64,000 nucleotides of DNA from Ilumatobacteraceae bacterium (GCA_963850475.1 CAWKLM010000010.1:90946-154945); one strand, 5' to 3'; shown: positions 32,101 through 45,386, counted from the stretch's first letter. Notes: generated from the sequence alone by a model not told the origin. Translations and numbers: made by a program.

Positions 32101-32632
32101 GAATCCTCCAACGTGATCCCCAAACCAATGCCATGCGACCGGCCGTGCGACCGTCCACTCACGACAGACTGGTCGGCTGCGACGTGACGCTGCAAGTCTG
32201 CGACGTCGTCGTCAGAGCCGACGACGTCGGTTCGAATCGACCGGACAGCGCACTCAGGGGCGCCATGCATGTGACACAGTCGACCAGCTCCGTCACCGCT
32301 CGACCCTCTGCGACGGCGACGACTGGTGTCACCAGCTCGGGATCATGCTCGCCACGTTGGAGCTCAACCTCCGCTTCCGAGGCGCCGCCGAGCCGCTCTC
32401 GGGCCGCGCGGGTCGGTCGAGCGCCTCGGCGGCCGCAGGTGCGCCGGTCGAGGAATGCATATCGCGCCCGCCACGCGGCAGGCAGGGCCGCTCGGGGTCG
32501 GCACGACTGAGAGCGATCACCTGCGCGAGAACAAGCTGCGCGCAACAAGGACCGGTGAGGCGGAACAGCCGCCTACCGCGTCCATTCGAGACTCGTCGGC
32601 GACCTTCGTCGCCGTTGTTCCGCGGTGAATTG

Positions 32633-32839
32633 CTACTCGGAGACGTTGTCGACGAGGAACGAGATCCGCACCAGCGCTCCCCACTCGTCGAGATTGTCCC
32701 CGCGCAGGCCGATCGACACGACGTCGCATGCCTTCACGTCCCGCAGGTTCTTGCTTGCCTCGGCCAACGCGTTCTTCACTGCAGCGTCGGAACTCTCCGA
32801 CGACCGACCGACGACTTCGATGATCTTGGTGACACTCAC
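32633..32839 (-). CDS. Dodecin (flavin-binding) family protein
   Basis: GAAGGAG RBS; KIIEVVGRSSESSDAAVKNALAEASKNLR...VRISF. Confidence 0.85.
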   Translation of the reverse strand: MSVTKIIEVVGRSSESSDAAVKNALAEASKNLRDVKACDVVSIGLRGDNLDEWGALVRISFLVDNVSE

Positions 32840-33226
32840 GTTTCTCAACTCCTTCATCCTGCCCGCCGCCACATTGTTGCAGACGGGGGACCCGCCCTCC
32901 CGGACCGGGCTGTGCCGTCGGGTCCGATTTCGATCCGTGTGTGACCATCGAGCTCGCGCACCAACCGGAAGTGCTCGTCGTCCGAGCCCAAGTACCCCGC
33001 TCTGGAGCGGCACTCAGTAGGGACTCGGCGACCCGCCCGACATCTGCGATCGCCGAACGCGAATCAGTGCCCGGCGGCTGAAGGATTGCCGGTGTTCTCG
33101 GTGTCGGGCCCCGAATGCTCGCTGGCCTTGCCACGGGCGTGTTGCTGCGGTGGTGAACTCGCTGGTGCGCGGAAGGACGGGACGTCGTCGGTGCGGCCTC
33201 TCGGCTGATTCGATAGTTTCGATTTC

Positions 33227-35101
33227 GTGGCGAAGCGACGGCACCGCAAACGCACCGGTGGGCGCACGACACCGAAAGGGACACGTCCTGTCGACTCCCG
33301 GCACCGGCGACCGACGTTCGACGACGCGGACCCGGTCCCCGAAATCGTCGCGGGGATCCGCCCATTGCTCACCGCACCAACTCCCTTCGATCTGATGGTG
33401 CATGCCTCGGGCTTCGTCGAGATCGCGACCGAACGCCCGATGGACCGGCTCGGCCCGGAGCTTGGGGAACGGGTCGACGGCCCGGAGTTCCTCGGGTCGC
33501 TGATCGATTCTGGCTGGCCGGAGTTGACCGTGTTCGGCAAGGCAATGGCAACACTGCTGCCGGACAGCGCGGTGGTGCGTCGACTCCGGGCCCCGGCTCT
33601 GCCGTTGGGTGCGCCGGCGTGGGCGTCCACGATGGACGCAATCGAGGTCACCGGCACGTTCGTGCAGGCCGAGCCGCTCGGCGACGGCGAGAACATGTGG
33701 GTGAGTGTGCGCTGGCCGGACGGCTCCGAGGCGACGGCCATCATGTTCGTCGACCACAACATGGGCACCTTGCTGAAGGACGCGTTCCTGGTCCCGGCGG
33801 GCGCAGATGACGTGATCGCAATGATGCGCGACGTGTCCGACGACGTGATCGACTTGGCGCCGATCGACGAAGCGGAGCTGCGGGCTCGCGTGATGTGGTC
33901 GATCGAGCGTGGCGAATTCACGGTCCCGGTGCTCGAGTCCGAGACGTGGCCGATGTGTCGCCCACTCGTGAAGTGGATCGTCGGTCATCTGCCGGCCGGC
34001 GGCAGGGGTTGGGAGTTCGAGGAGTGGACGCAGTCCGAGCGCGAGGAACTCATCGATGACTTCATGGTGTCGCCGTTCGCAAGGCGGTGTCCGCTGCCCA
34101 CCGGTCGGGTCGCATCGATCGTTGACCACTTCATCTGGCATGGCTGCGACTTCGGCTCCGGCGACCCACTCCGTTGGAGCCCGGTCGTGGTCGAACTCGT
34201 TCTCGCCGACTGGTTCCCGCGCAAGATCTACGGCCTCGCTCAGGACGAGGTCGATGCCGTCCCGGCGATCCTCGAACAGTTCGTGACCTACGCCCATCAC
34301 CGGCGAGGCATCGATACTCGAGCGACAGGTGAGACGTTGTCGGCAATCGTGGTCTGGGAGGACGACTTCTTCGACGCGATGGCCGATCAGCCTCCCAGGG
34401 GATCGTTCGCCACGACCCTGGCGCGCAGGGCCATCGGCCTCGACCCCGACGAGCCCGCGGTCGACGCCCACGATGACAATGCTCTGTTGCGAGCGGTTCT
34501 CGGCGATCAGGGCAGCGGCGACTACATGGATCGTGTCACCGACGAACTCGAACAGCGGGTGATCGATCTCGTTGGTGGACGCGACGCGTACGACACCCTC
34601 GACGACGAACCACTCGGTGACGTCGCGTTCGACTGGTCGGTCGTGCCTGCCGACATGGCCGAGTTGACCGCCGACACACTGGCGTTGCTCGACCGGTGGT
34701 CGATCGAGCACTTCGATACCGAGGTCCGTTCGATCGCTCGGGTCACCCTCGCCGCCGTCGTGACGTGTGACCGATCCGTGTTCAAGCGCTCCGCGCGCAC
34801 CGACGTGCTCGCCGCTGCGATCCTCGGCTACCAGATCCGTCGACTCACCGAACGCTTCGATCGCGCCGAACGCGAAACACTGGGTTGGACCGCGACGTCG
34901 GTGTCGCCCTTCGCTGAAGTAGTCGGTCTGGCACCCGCAACCGTTGGCGCCCGCGTCAAGACGATCAACAACGTGATGGAACGCGCCGAGGTGGACTGGC
35001 CGAAATACCTGCATTCGAGCCAGCGCCGAACCGCACTGCAATCCAAACAGAACATCATCGACTACCGGTCGTCGGCCACCGACGTCGGCCCAGAGGGGTA
35101 A
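33227..35101 (+). CDS. Actinobacterial-type hypothetical protein (624 aa)
   Basis: Intact ORF with good codon pattern; FVDHNMGTLLKDAF, GDPLRWSPVVVELVLADWFPRK. Confidence 0.75.
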   Translation: MAKRRHRKRTGGRTTPKGTRPVDSRHRRPTFDDADPVPEIVAGIRPLLTAPTPFDLMVHASGFVEIATERPMDRLGPELGERVDGPEFLGSLIDSGWPELTVFGKAMATLLPDSAVVRRLRAPALPLGAPAWASTMDAIEVTGTFVQAEPLGDGENMWVSVRWPDGSEATAIMFVDHNMGTLLKDAFLVPAGADDVIAMMRDVSDDVIDLAPIDEAELRARVMWSIERGEFTVPVLESETWPMCRPLVKWIVGHLPAGGRGWEFEEWTQSEREELIDDFMVSPFARRCPLPTGRVASIVDHFIWHGCDFGSGDPLRWSPVVVELVLADWFPRKIYGLAQDEVDAVPAILEQFVTYAHHRRGIDTRATGETLSAIVVWEDDFFDAMADQPPRGSFATTLARRAIGLDPDEPAVDAHDDNALLRAVLGDQGSGDYMDRVTDELEQRVIDLVGGRDAYDTLDDEPLGDVAFDWSVVPADMAELTADTLALLDRWSIEHFDTEVRSIARVTLAAVVTCDRSVFKRSARTDVLAAAILGYQIRRLTERFDRAERETLGWTATSVSPFAEVVGLAPATVGARVKTINNVMERAEVDWPKYLHSSQRRTALQSKQNIIDYRSSATDVGPEG

Positions 35102-35299
35102 CCGCAACCGACACCGATCTGCAGGTCTTCGCCGTCTGCTGCCCCAATCGAAATCGCCCTGTTGGCGTACTGGTGAGGTTCCCGACAACCAGAGTCGATC
35201 GACGCCCGGAATTCTCTGTGAGACCGCGCACGTTCAGAACAGATGACCGAGCGTCGAGGTGCCGAACGGCCCTGGGAGACATCCGCGTGCCGTGGCACG

Positions 35300-36073
35300 A
35301 TGTTCGAAGACATCGAGGAAGGCAACATGGCCGCTCGGGCCACGGACAACAGGCGGCTCGGACATCGCACGGGTCGCTCTCCCGGTGTCGGCGTCCTGGC
35401 TGCGCTCGAGGGTGCGGTGCTGATCCTGTGGCATCTTGTTGCCACCCCGCTCATCGGGCGGAGGCGGCTGCGGTGGGGCACGGTGGGAACGGAGCCAACC
35501 GATTCGCTCCCCGGAGATGAGTTCGTGCCCGAACCGAAGTGGTCCTACACCCTGGGAATCGCCGTCGATGCGGCGCCGGAGGCCGTGTGGCCGTGGATCG
35601 CCCAGATCGGACAGGGCCGCGGCGGCTTCTACACGTATCAGACGCTCGAGAACATGACCGGGTGCAAGATCACCAACACCACTGAGATTCTCCCCGATCA
35701 CCAGCATCCCGCGGTTGGCGACGACATCTACCTGCATCCGAGCGCACCGCCGTTGCGAGTCGAGATCGTGGAGCCTCCGAACGCGCTCGTGCTGTTTGGG
35801 TCACCCGCAGATGTCGGTTCCGAGGAGCGCTGGGGAAGCTCAACCTGGCAGTTCGTCGTCAACCCTGGCCCCGATGGCGGCAGCCGGTTCCTGACCAGGG
35901 GTCGCTATGACCACTCATCGGATCGGAGGAGCCGTCTGACGTTCGGGCGCTTCCCTCTCGAAGCGATCAGTTTCGTGATGAGCCGCAAGATGATGCTCGA
36001 GATCAAGCGACTGGCGGTGCAGTCAGAGCACCCTGGCCCTCGGTCGGGGATTCGCCACCCAACCCCGCCGTAG
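35300..36073 (+). CDS. SRPBCC-like hypothetical protein (start uncertain)
   Basis: RWG..LPGDEFVP, IAVDAAPEAVWPWIAQIGQGRGGFY. Confidence 0.7.
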   Translation: MFEDIEEGNMAARATDNRRLGHRTGRSPGVGVLAALEGAVLILWHLVATPLIGRRRLRWGTVGTEPTDSLPGDEFVPEPKWSYTLGIAVDAAPEAVWPWIAQIGQGRGGFYTYQTLENMTGCKITNTTEILPDHQHPAVGDDIYLHPSAPPLRVEIVEPPNALVLFGSPADVGSEERWGSSTWQFVVNPGPDGGSRFLTRGRYDHSSDRRSRLTFGRFPLEAISFVMSRKMMLEIKRLAVQSEHPGPRSGIRHPTPP

Positions 36074-36144
36074 GAGCGAGCGACGAGCATTCCCGATTCC
36101 GGCCATGGAATCTCGCTGAGTTCGGTCCAGTCGTCGCTGCCATC

Positions 36145-37873
36145 TCAGTAGATCCCGCAGACGAGGTCCTTCGAGGAAGACCGGTCGATCGAACGGGCGG
36201 TCCAGTCGCCGTGCGGGCCGTCGTTGCTGAACACATAGGCATTGGTCCGTGTGGGGTCACCAGCAACTGCGATGGTGAACTTGGACGGGTCGGTGACGAT
36301 CGGGACCATGCGCTCGGGATCGTCGGACTCGGCAAACACCGAGGGAACATGACCGGCAGCCGCGAGGTCGATGAGCGTGCGTCGACCGGCGGTGAGGTTG
36401 CTCCACTCACCGATCAACTTCTCGAACCGCCACGCCGGAATGCGGGCGTGTTCGAACAGTGCGTCACGGACGTCGTCTTTCGACCAGCCGGCGTCAGTGA
36501 ACGTGCGGGCCAACAGCGGAGCGAGCACGAGCAGCGGGCGGTACTGCGCCTTGCCGAGCCCGTAGACGTGGGTGAGATCCCAACCGCTGATCCGGGCGAG
36601 TCCGTCGGCCAGGTAGGGCAGGATCTCGTCGGGCGTCGATCCGTAGACGCTGCCGATCATCGCGCCGCTGTTCATGCGGGCCATCGTGACGACGTCGTCG
36701 GTCTCGTCGAAGCCGAAGTCAGCGCTCAACGGCTGCCATCCGATGTCGGCGAGCGTCGCCATGTCTTCGGCGAGAACGACACGCGCCGAGTTGCCGAACG
36801 TGGCTTTGTCGTGTTCGTCGGGCGTGAACCCGAACACGTTGCGCAGATACAGCCGCAGCCAACGCCCGATCGTGGTGTTGGCCGGGTGACCGTCGCGCAT
36901 TGCGCCCTGGCCGTGGTTGAAGCCGAGGTCGACCGAGGACGGGCCGTCGACGATCATCAACGCGTCGGCGCCGGTCGTGTTCCCTGAGTGTTCGGCGCCG
37001 TAGTGCGGGTCGACGAGGATCTCGGCGACTGCAATCAGTACGGGCAGGTGCGCTGGTTCGCAGCCCGCCATCACGGCGTTCACGGCGATCGACCAGATCG
37101 TGACGTCGCGACCCGACGACGGCGTGACCCCGATCCGTCTCCACGGATCGTGCGCCGTGACCGCAATGAACTGCTCGACGCGGTCCTGGGTCGGGGGGAT
37201 GATCGGCGAGCCGTCGGACCAGCCCCTGGCGATGAACGATCGGTTGATCTCGTCGATCGTTCCGCTCGCCGCCACGTCGAGCGCGGTCGGTTCCTCGGTT
37301 TCGGCCTGACCGTGGCTGACTGCTTCGGTCAGCCCGGCAATCACCTGGTCGACGGCGACCTCGCGGAGGTTGGACAGCACCGACTCTGCGGATTGAGCGT
37401 CGACGTGGCCCGGCATCACGGCGAGCGGCAACCCGTCGCATCCGTGACCGCGGCCGGTTGCCGCGGCCTGCTTGACGAAGCCCTCGCACACCAGGGAGAC
37501 GGATGGGATGCCGGCGGATTCAGCTGCGATGGATGCCCGCATCACGGCGGGCGTACAACTGCCTCAACACCCCATCCCCGACACCACTGCGTCGATGTGG
37601 CGCGACGACAGCCCGTTCGCGAGTCCCGCGACCATCTCCTTCTCGTCGCCACCGTGCGTGTTGCCGAACACGTCGTAGCCCACGATCTCGACATCGGGGA
37701 ACCGCTCGACCAACTCGGCCTCGAGCACCGGGAAGATCTCGTCCCCACGGAACAGGTAATCCCACAAGAACGCCGACTCGCTTCCCGTTCAGCGTGTCGA
37801 GGCGGTCCGCGAGCGGTCGGGACTGCACTCCTCTCGGTGACTTCGGCCAGACGACATCGAACGTGGATTCCAT
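36145..37873 (-). CDS. UGSC-family selenoprotein (Sec ~103) fused to a large C-terminal domain, ~575 aa (one extra base ~37772)
   Basis: GGG ATG GGG TGT TGA GGC AGT TGT ACG CCC = GMGC-U-GSCTP, in frame with the 466-aa ORF; C-terminal WSDGSPIIPPT, IAVNAVMAGC, ANTTIGR. Confidence 0.85.
37535..37552 (-). promoter_or_regulatory. Putative bacterial SECIS hairpin
   Basis: GCCCGC-CGUGAU-GCGGGC beginning 11 nt after the UGA at 37564-37566; G at loop position 2. Confidence 0.7.
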
Positions 37874-37952
37874 GTCCCCATTGTCATTGCGAGCGCGGGG
37901 CACTCGCTAGCGAAGATCAGCCGACGAGCGGTTGCGAGTAGCATCAGTGATC

Positions 37953-38417
37953 GTGGACGAGCTCGATCGCGCAATCCTGTGCCAACTCCAAGCCGATGGA
38001 CGACTCGCCAACAACGAACTCGCGGCCAGAGTCGGGCTCAGCCCCTCGCCGTGCCTGCGCCGAGTCCGCAACCTCGAGTCGACCGGGGTCATCACCGGCT
38101 ACGCAGCCCTCCTCGACCATGCCGCAGTCCGCTGTGACTACGAAGCACTCGTCTGGGTCACCCTGTCCGAAGTCACGCGGACGACGATGCTCGCGTTCGA
38201 AGCGGCGATCCAAGATGTCGCCAACATCACCGAGGCCAACCGGATGATGGGCCAACCGGACTACTTGCTGCGCGTGGTCGCTCGCGACTCCCACGCGTTC
38301 GAAGAGCTGTACATGGACGTCCTCGCTGCGCTCCCACACGTCCAGAAGCTCACGTCCCAGCTCGCGATGAAGATCGTGAAGCGAACTCACGAACTCCCCA
38401 TCGAGACCACGGCCTGA
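37953..38417 (+). CDS. Lrp/AsnC family regulator
   Basis: DELDRAILCQLQADGRLANNELAARVGLSPSPCLRRVRNLE, MMGQPDYLLRV. Confidence 0.92.
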   Translation: MDELDRAILCQLQADGRLANNELAARVGLSPSPCLRRVRNLESTGVITGYAALLDHAAVRCDYEALVWVTLSEVTRTTMLAFEAAIQDVANITEANRMMGQPDYLLRVVARDSHAFEELYMDVLAALPHVQKLTSQLAMKIVKRTHELPIETTA

Positions 38418-38599
38418 TCCGTCCACCAAGCTCGAACCGGCTCGGGCCCATCGGCCCGACGGAACATCTCGTTGTGCGAATGTCGCTCGCAACGACCCGC
38501 CGAACAGCTCGCAGGTGCCGCTCGCGTCCGCACGGCGCCGACATCGAGAACGTGCCCGCGGGCCCCGTCTCGTGGAGACCCGCCATGATCGCAGTCCCG

Positions 38600-39280
38600 C
38601 GACCGGTCTTCTCGTGGCCGGATCGGAGCGCGCAGCCTTCGCCCCGACCGCTACGAGTACGGCCCCTGCGAGCAACTCGACCACTGCCTCGATCGTGCCG
38701 TGCGAGTCGATCCGGTCGACGAACGCCGCACCGGCGCCCAAGACCGCGCGACGACGTCACCGAACGGGGCCGGGGCATCGATGCCCAGTCGTGCGCAATT
38801 CACGAGGTGGATCGATGCGCGCTCTGGGTCGTACAGTCGCTGCAAGACGTTCTGCCGTTCCGGGACATCCGCCAGCTGAGCGATCAAGGCGCTCCCGAAT
38901 CCCTCGCTGATGAGGAATCCGTCGAGCTGCGCCATTTCCGCCAGGGTGCTCCCGTCATCGTCGAGCAACTGCACGATCAGCTGAGGGGTGGGCGACTCCC
39001 AGGTTGCGAGCTCGCATTCCAGCAGCGCGAGGTCGAGCAGCGTTCGGCCGTCCGCTGCAGACGACGAAGCTGGAGCGATCGTTGACGCGTTCGATGATGC
39101 GCCCGACGACAGCTACGTCGTGACCGAACAAGATGCGCTCGTGGAGCTCCCCCAGATCATGCGGATAGCCGTCCGGGCCTGTGACCCGTTGAAGGGCGCT
39201 CTCCGCTTCCCGGATCAGGAGCGGGTCTGTCCGGTGTCGCCTGGTGCTGATATTCGTGGGTTCTCGCCAGTCAGGTCACG
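38600..39280 (-). pseudogene. Fragments of an unknown gene plus a LysE-like C-terminal helix
   Basis: Protein-like stretches across frames (DPLLIREAESAL, LLDLALLECELATW) and VVELLAGAVLVAVGAKAA. Confidence 0.3.
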
Positions 39281-39377
39281 GGGGCGAAGCGTCGCAACGC
39301 GTTGCGATGTCCCTGAGGCTCCCGAGTTGGAGGCCTGACGACGATCGCCAAGGCACCCGACGACCGGCTGTGCTCGG

Positions 39378-40352
39378 TCAGTCGTCCTTTCGTCCGTCGG
39401 GGTGCCGGACACCTTTGACCGCTCCCGGCTCGCCGGTGACGAAGTCGTTCTCCATGTAGGCGATCAGGTCATCGGTGGGCACCACGTTGGCGACGGTGCC
39501 GTTCGCGACCGTCAGCGCCATCTCCTGATTCGCTGTCGCCGTCGCGACGGCGTCACCCACCACGACCACGTCGTATCCACGCGAACTGCCGGCGTAGGCG
39601 GTACTGAGGATGCACTCATCGGTCCAGAGACCCGCCAGCACGATGGTGTCGATGCCCTCGGCCTTCAACTTCTCGTCGAGGTATGAGTCGCCGTTCTCGT
39701 CGAAGGTCCAGAACATGTCGAGGTGCTTGCCGTGGTAGTACCAACCATCTGCCACCTCGTCGTGCGTCGGAGCGATCTCGGAAAGGACTTCCATGCCCGG
39801 CGCCCCGGTGAACATGTACGCCGCGTTCTCCGGCTCTTCGGGGCGGAGGCCCTTGGGGCCATACCACCGGTCCATCGCATTGCTGATCCCGTCGTCGAAG
39901 GTGCGGGTCCACGAACTCCACACGATCTCGACCCCGTCGCTGCCTGATTGCGCCGTCCGGAATGCATCGACCAGCTCGACCAGCTTCGACAGGATGTCTT
40001 CGGCATAGGGTCGGTATTCCTCCTGACAGTCGTCGAGGAGCAAGGCGATCCTCCGGGGCCGGTCGCCCAGATCCCAGGCGGCCCAGAAGCTGAGCGGCTG
40101 CCCGTTCGGGCCACCCGGCGTGCTGGCGAAGTTGTCCATTGGCTCGAGGGCCAGATCCATGTCGCGGTGTCGGCGCGGCTCCGCGAGTGCCTCTTCGAGC
40201 GTGCGAGCACTTGTGTCACCTTGCATGTTCGTCAACCTACTCAAACCGGGTGAGCGCTTGAACCGCTCGGGAACGTACACACCGCCAACCGACTCGATGC
40301 GCTCCTGGTCCTCACTTCCGATCGGTCGATCCGTTCTGCAGCCCAGCAACAA
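39378..40352 (-). CDS. Isochorismatase-family cysteine hydrolase (start uncertain)
   Basis: ALLLDDCQ, GIDTIVLAGLWTDECILSTA..RGYDVVVVGDAVAT. Confidence 0.8.
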   Translation of the reverse strand: MLLGCRTDRPIGSEDQERIESVGGVYVPERFKRSPGLSRLTNMQGDTSARTLEEALAEPRRHRDMDLALEPMDNFASTPGGPNGQPLSFWAAWDLGDRPRRIALLLDDCQEEYRPYAEDILSKLVELVDAFRTAQSGSDGVEIVWSSWTRTFDDGISNAMDRWYGPKGLRPEEPENAAYMFTGAPGMEVLSEIAPTHDEVADGWYYHGKHLDMFWTFDENGDSYLDEKLKAEGIDTIVLAGLWTDECILSTAYAGSSRGYDVVVVGDAVATATANQEMALTVANGTVANVVPTDDLIAYMENDFVTGEPGAVKGVRHPDGRKDD

Positions 40353-40409
40353 TCGCGGCCCTGCCGCCTTTCCGGCAATGCTCGGGTGGCTGGCCGCGAC
40401 GATTGCGAA

Positions 40410-40835
40410 TCAGTCGGCGATGTCAAACCCGGCGATGACCTTGGTTGGGTGGAGTCGCACGAGAAGTTCGCCAGGTACGCCGTTGCGCTCGCCGTACTCT
40501 TCGGCCCGGTCGGCCCCCATGTAGCGGCCGCCGATCAGCGCCGCGAAGCGTCGCACCTCGTCGCCGTCGTCCGATAGGGAGACCGTTCCGTCAACCTTGA
40601 CGAACGAATACGGCGGCATCTGGTCGTCGACCACGAGCGAGGCGCGACCCTCGCGTGCAAGTGCTCGGCCCTTCCCGGTGCCCGAGCCGGTGTTGAACAC
40701 CACGTCGTCGCCGTCGAGTACGAACCAGATCGGTGCAACGTGGGGTGCACCGTTCGCAGCCACCCAAGCAATCTTGCCGGTTCGCGTGCCGGTGGAGAGA
40801 AAGTCGCGAACCCGGTCATCTGAGAGTGATGCCAT
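40410..40835 (-). CDS. PPOX-class F420-dependent oxidoreductase
   Basis: TRTGKIAWV..GAPHVAPIWF, FNTGSGTGKG, GERNGVPGELLVR. Confidence 0.88.
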   Translation of the reverse strand: MASLSDDRVRDFLSTGTRTGKIAWVAANGAPHVAPIWFVLDGDDVVFNTGSGTGKGRALAREGRASLVVDDQMPPYSFVKVDGTVSLSDDGDEVRRFAALIGGRYMGADRAEEYGERNGVPGELLVRLHPTKVIAGFDIAD

Positions 40836-41139
40836 TGGCTCAGTATGGCAAGCGACCATGCGGCCCTGGCAGCACGCTTGACGGCTGCACTCTCTGCCCG
40901 GCGGGCCCCCGACTCGGCACACCGAACATCACGGTCGACCCGGCAGTGCTGAGAGCGTGCGCGAGGCGGGCATCAAGAGGATCGGTGCTCACGTCGATCC
41001 GAGGGCCGTACTCGTCGGCTGCTGACTGGTCGAAGCCCGAGCGTCGCATCGCGGTTCGAGACGCGCAGCGCCCCGCCGGAACGAGTCCGACGGGGCGACT
41101 GTCAGGTCTGGCCGTCACGATCGACGGTGACCGGGAGGA

Positions 41140-43823
<2,684 letters not shown>

Positions 43824-43825
<2 letters not shown>

Positions 43826-43864
43826 GTCAAGCAGACATTCTGGACTTGATCAAGAGCTTGACTT
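43824..43864 (-). promoter_or_regulatory. Candidate FurA operator
   Basis: TCTTGATCAAGTCCAGAA (- strand, 43838-43855) flanked by perfect 9-bp inverted repeat AAGTCAAGC/GCTTGACTT. Confidence 0.6.
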
Positions 43865-44082
43865 CGTCGAAGCGAGAATCCGGCGACCCCGCACGCCCCG
43901 GAGCATGACAAAGGCCCGGAAAGTGCTGCGGCGCCGGCCACACCCGCTCGGAAACGCGCAGAGCGACACCCCACGCACGCCACTCGTGTTCGGCACGTGT
44001 TCGCTCGGGCAGGTGCGCGGGACGCGCATCGTTCTTGAATCGTTGGCCGAGGCTTGGCGTTGGTGCGGAACCAGATGGATCG

Positions 44083-45018
44083 CTACCGGAGCCAGCTGGC
44101 GAGGGCCGCTCTGGTCTGGTCGGCCACTGACGGCACGACCCCGATGCGGAGCTCGGTAGCCCCGGCGTCGACATACTCGGTCATCCCGGCCACGACGACG
44201 TCCATCGACCCGGCGATCAGCACATCAGCGGGCGACTCCAAACCTGCGAGGTCGAGCACTCGCCGATAGGCGGGCAACCCCGCGTAGAGCACGCTCGATG
44301 CGCGCTGCTCAGCAACAAGCGTCTCGGGGTCGTCGGTGACCGCGACGGTGACGAGGGCCGTGATGCGCGGCTCGGGCCGGCCAGCATTGGCGGCGGCTGC
44401 ACGAATGCGCGGCGCGACATGATCAGCAATCACCGACGGCGACATCCCCGGGCCAAGCGAGGTGCCAGCGCACCGTTGCCCAGCCAGGTCAAGCATGCGG
44501 GGGCCGAGCGCGGCGAGCATGATCGGGACCGGTTCACTGTCAACGGTCAACCAGCCCTTGGCGGTGACCTCGTCACCCTCCACGTCGCACGGTTCACCGC
44601 GCAGCAACGGGTCGAGTGCGTCAACGAATTCGGCGGTGTGGGTGAAGGGACGGTCGTACGACTCGCCGAAGAATCCCTCGACGACCATGGCGTGCGACGG
44701 GCCAATGCCCAACGTGAACCGACCCCCGAGGGCGGACTGGGCTGTACGTGCCATCGCTGCGAGCGCCAGAGGGTGACGGCCGTAGATCGGCACCACGGAT
44801 GTACCGACCTCAGCGAGCGGTTCGACGTCTGCTGCCACCGCAGCCAGGGCAACCACGGGATCGACCCCGAAGATCTGCGACACCCAAAGCGCATCGAATC
44901 CGGCATCGACGGCGAAGCGAGCCTCCGCACGCAATTCGTCGATGCTGTTGATGGCGGTACCGGCCCCCCATCCGAGCTGTACGCCCAGCGGGTTGCTCTT
45001 CGATCGCTCCCGAGTCAT
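44083..45018 (-). CDS. LLM-class F420-dependent oxidoreductase
   Basis: GFDALWVSQIFGVD, VGTSVVPIYGRHP, GRFTLGIGPSH, MLAALGPRML. Confidence 0.9.
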   Translation of the reverse strand: MTRERSKSNPLGVQLGWGAGTAINSIDELRAEARFAVDAGFDALWVSQIFGVDPVVALAAVAADVEPLAEVGTSVVPIYGRHPLALAAMARTAQSALGGRFTLGIGPSHAMVVEGFFGESYDRPFTHTAEFVDALDPLLRGEPCDVEGDEVTAKGWLTVDSEPVPIMLAALGPRMLDLAGQRCAGTSLGPGMSPSVIADHVAPRIRAAAANAGRPEPRITALVTVAVTDDPETLVAEQRASSVLYAGLPAYRRVLDLAGLESPADVLIAGSMDVVVAGMTEYVDAGATELRIGVVPSVADQTRAALASWLR

Positions 45019-45071
45019 CTGCGTCCCTCGTTGTCTTGTGCCATGTCGTGCCAGACCATCCTCGCGGCGCG

Positions 45072-45386
45072 TCAATCAAGCTCGAGTACGAGGCGCAGGG
45101 CGTCGTCGATCGCCACGACTTCATCGTGCTTGAGCCGCCCGACGAACTCGCCGAGACGCTCATGAGCAACTGCGGATGTCTGCTCGATGAGGACCTGCGT
45201 GTCGTCACCGTCGATCGTGATCGTCGGGCGAAAGATTCGCGACGAAGACGAACATGAGGTGGGCGCTACGAGCACCGTTGACAGCATCAGATCATCGGAT
45301 TGAAGAAGGACGCCGTAGCGAGCGCCCTGTTGCTCGTGGCCGCGTGTTGCCTTGGGGGCTCGGAGGCGGTGGATGTCACCACGCAC
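45072..45386 (-). CDS. mazF: PemK/MazF family type II toxin
   Basis: RGDIH..RGHEQQGARYGVLLQSD..VLVAPTS..IDDALRLVLEL; overlaps antitoxin stop. Confidence 0.85.
   Translation of the reverse strand: MRGDIHRLRAPKATRGHEQQGARYGVLLQSDDLMLSTVLVAPTSCSSSSRIFRPTITIDGDDTQVLIEQTSAVAHERLGEFVGRLKHDEVVAIDDALRLVLELD

Noticed and set aside
27195-32102. 1635-aa plus-strand ORF and other long antisense ORFs (e.g. 33014-35188 minus, 52204-53685 plus)
   Set aside because: Shadow frames of real genes in GC-rich DNA; R/G/V-rich with no motifs
32330-32630. Possible short gene (MLATLELNLRFRG...)
   Set aside because: No clear start, stop or motif
37564-37566. TGA as a real stop or nonsense mutation
   Set aside because: It falls exactly in a UGSC motif with a SECIS-like hairpin downstream; remains possible only if the genome lacks sel genes
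40840-41118. 92-aa ORF between katG and the PPOX gene
   Set aside because: No RBS or motif; likely intergenic or degraded sequence
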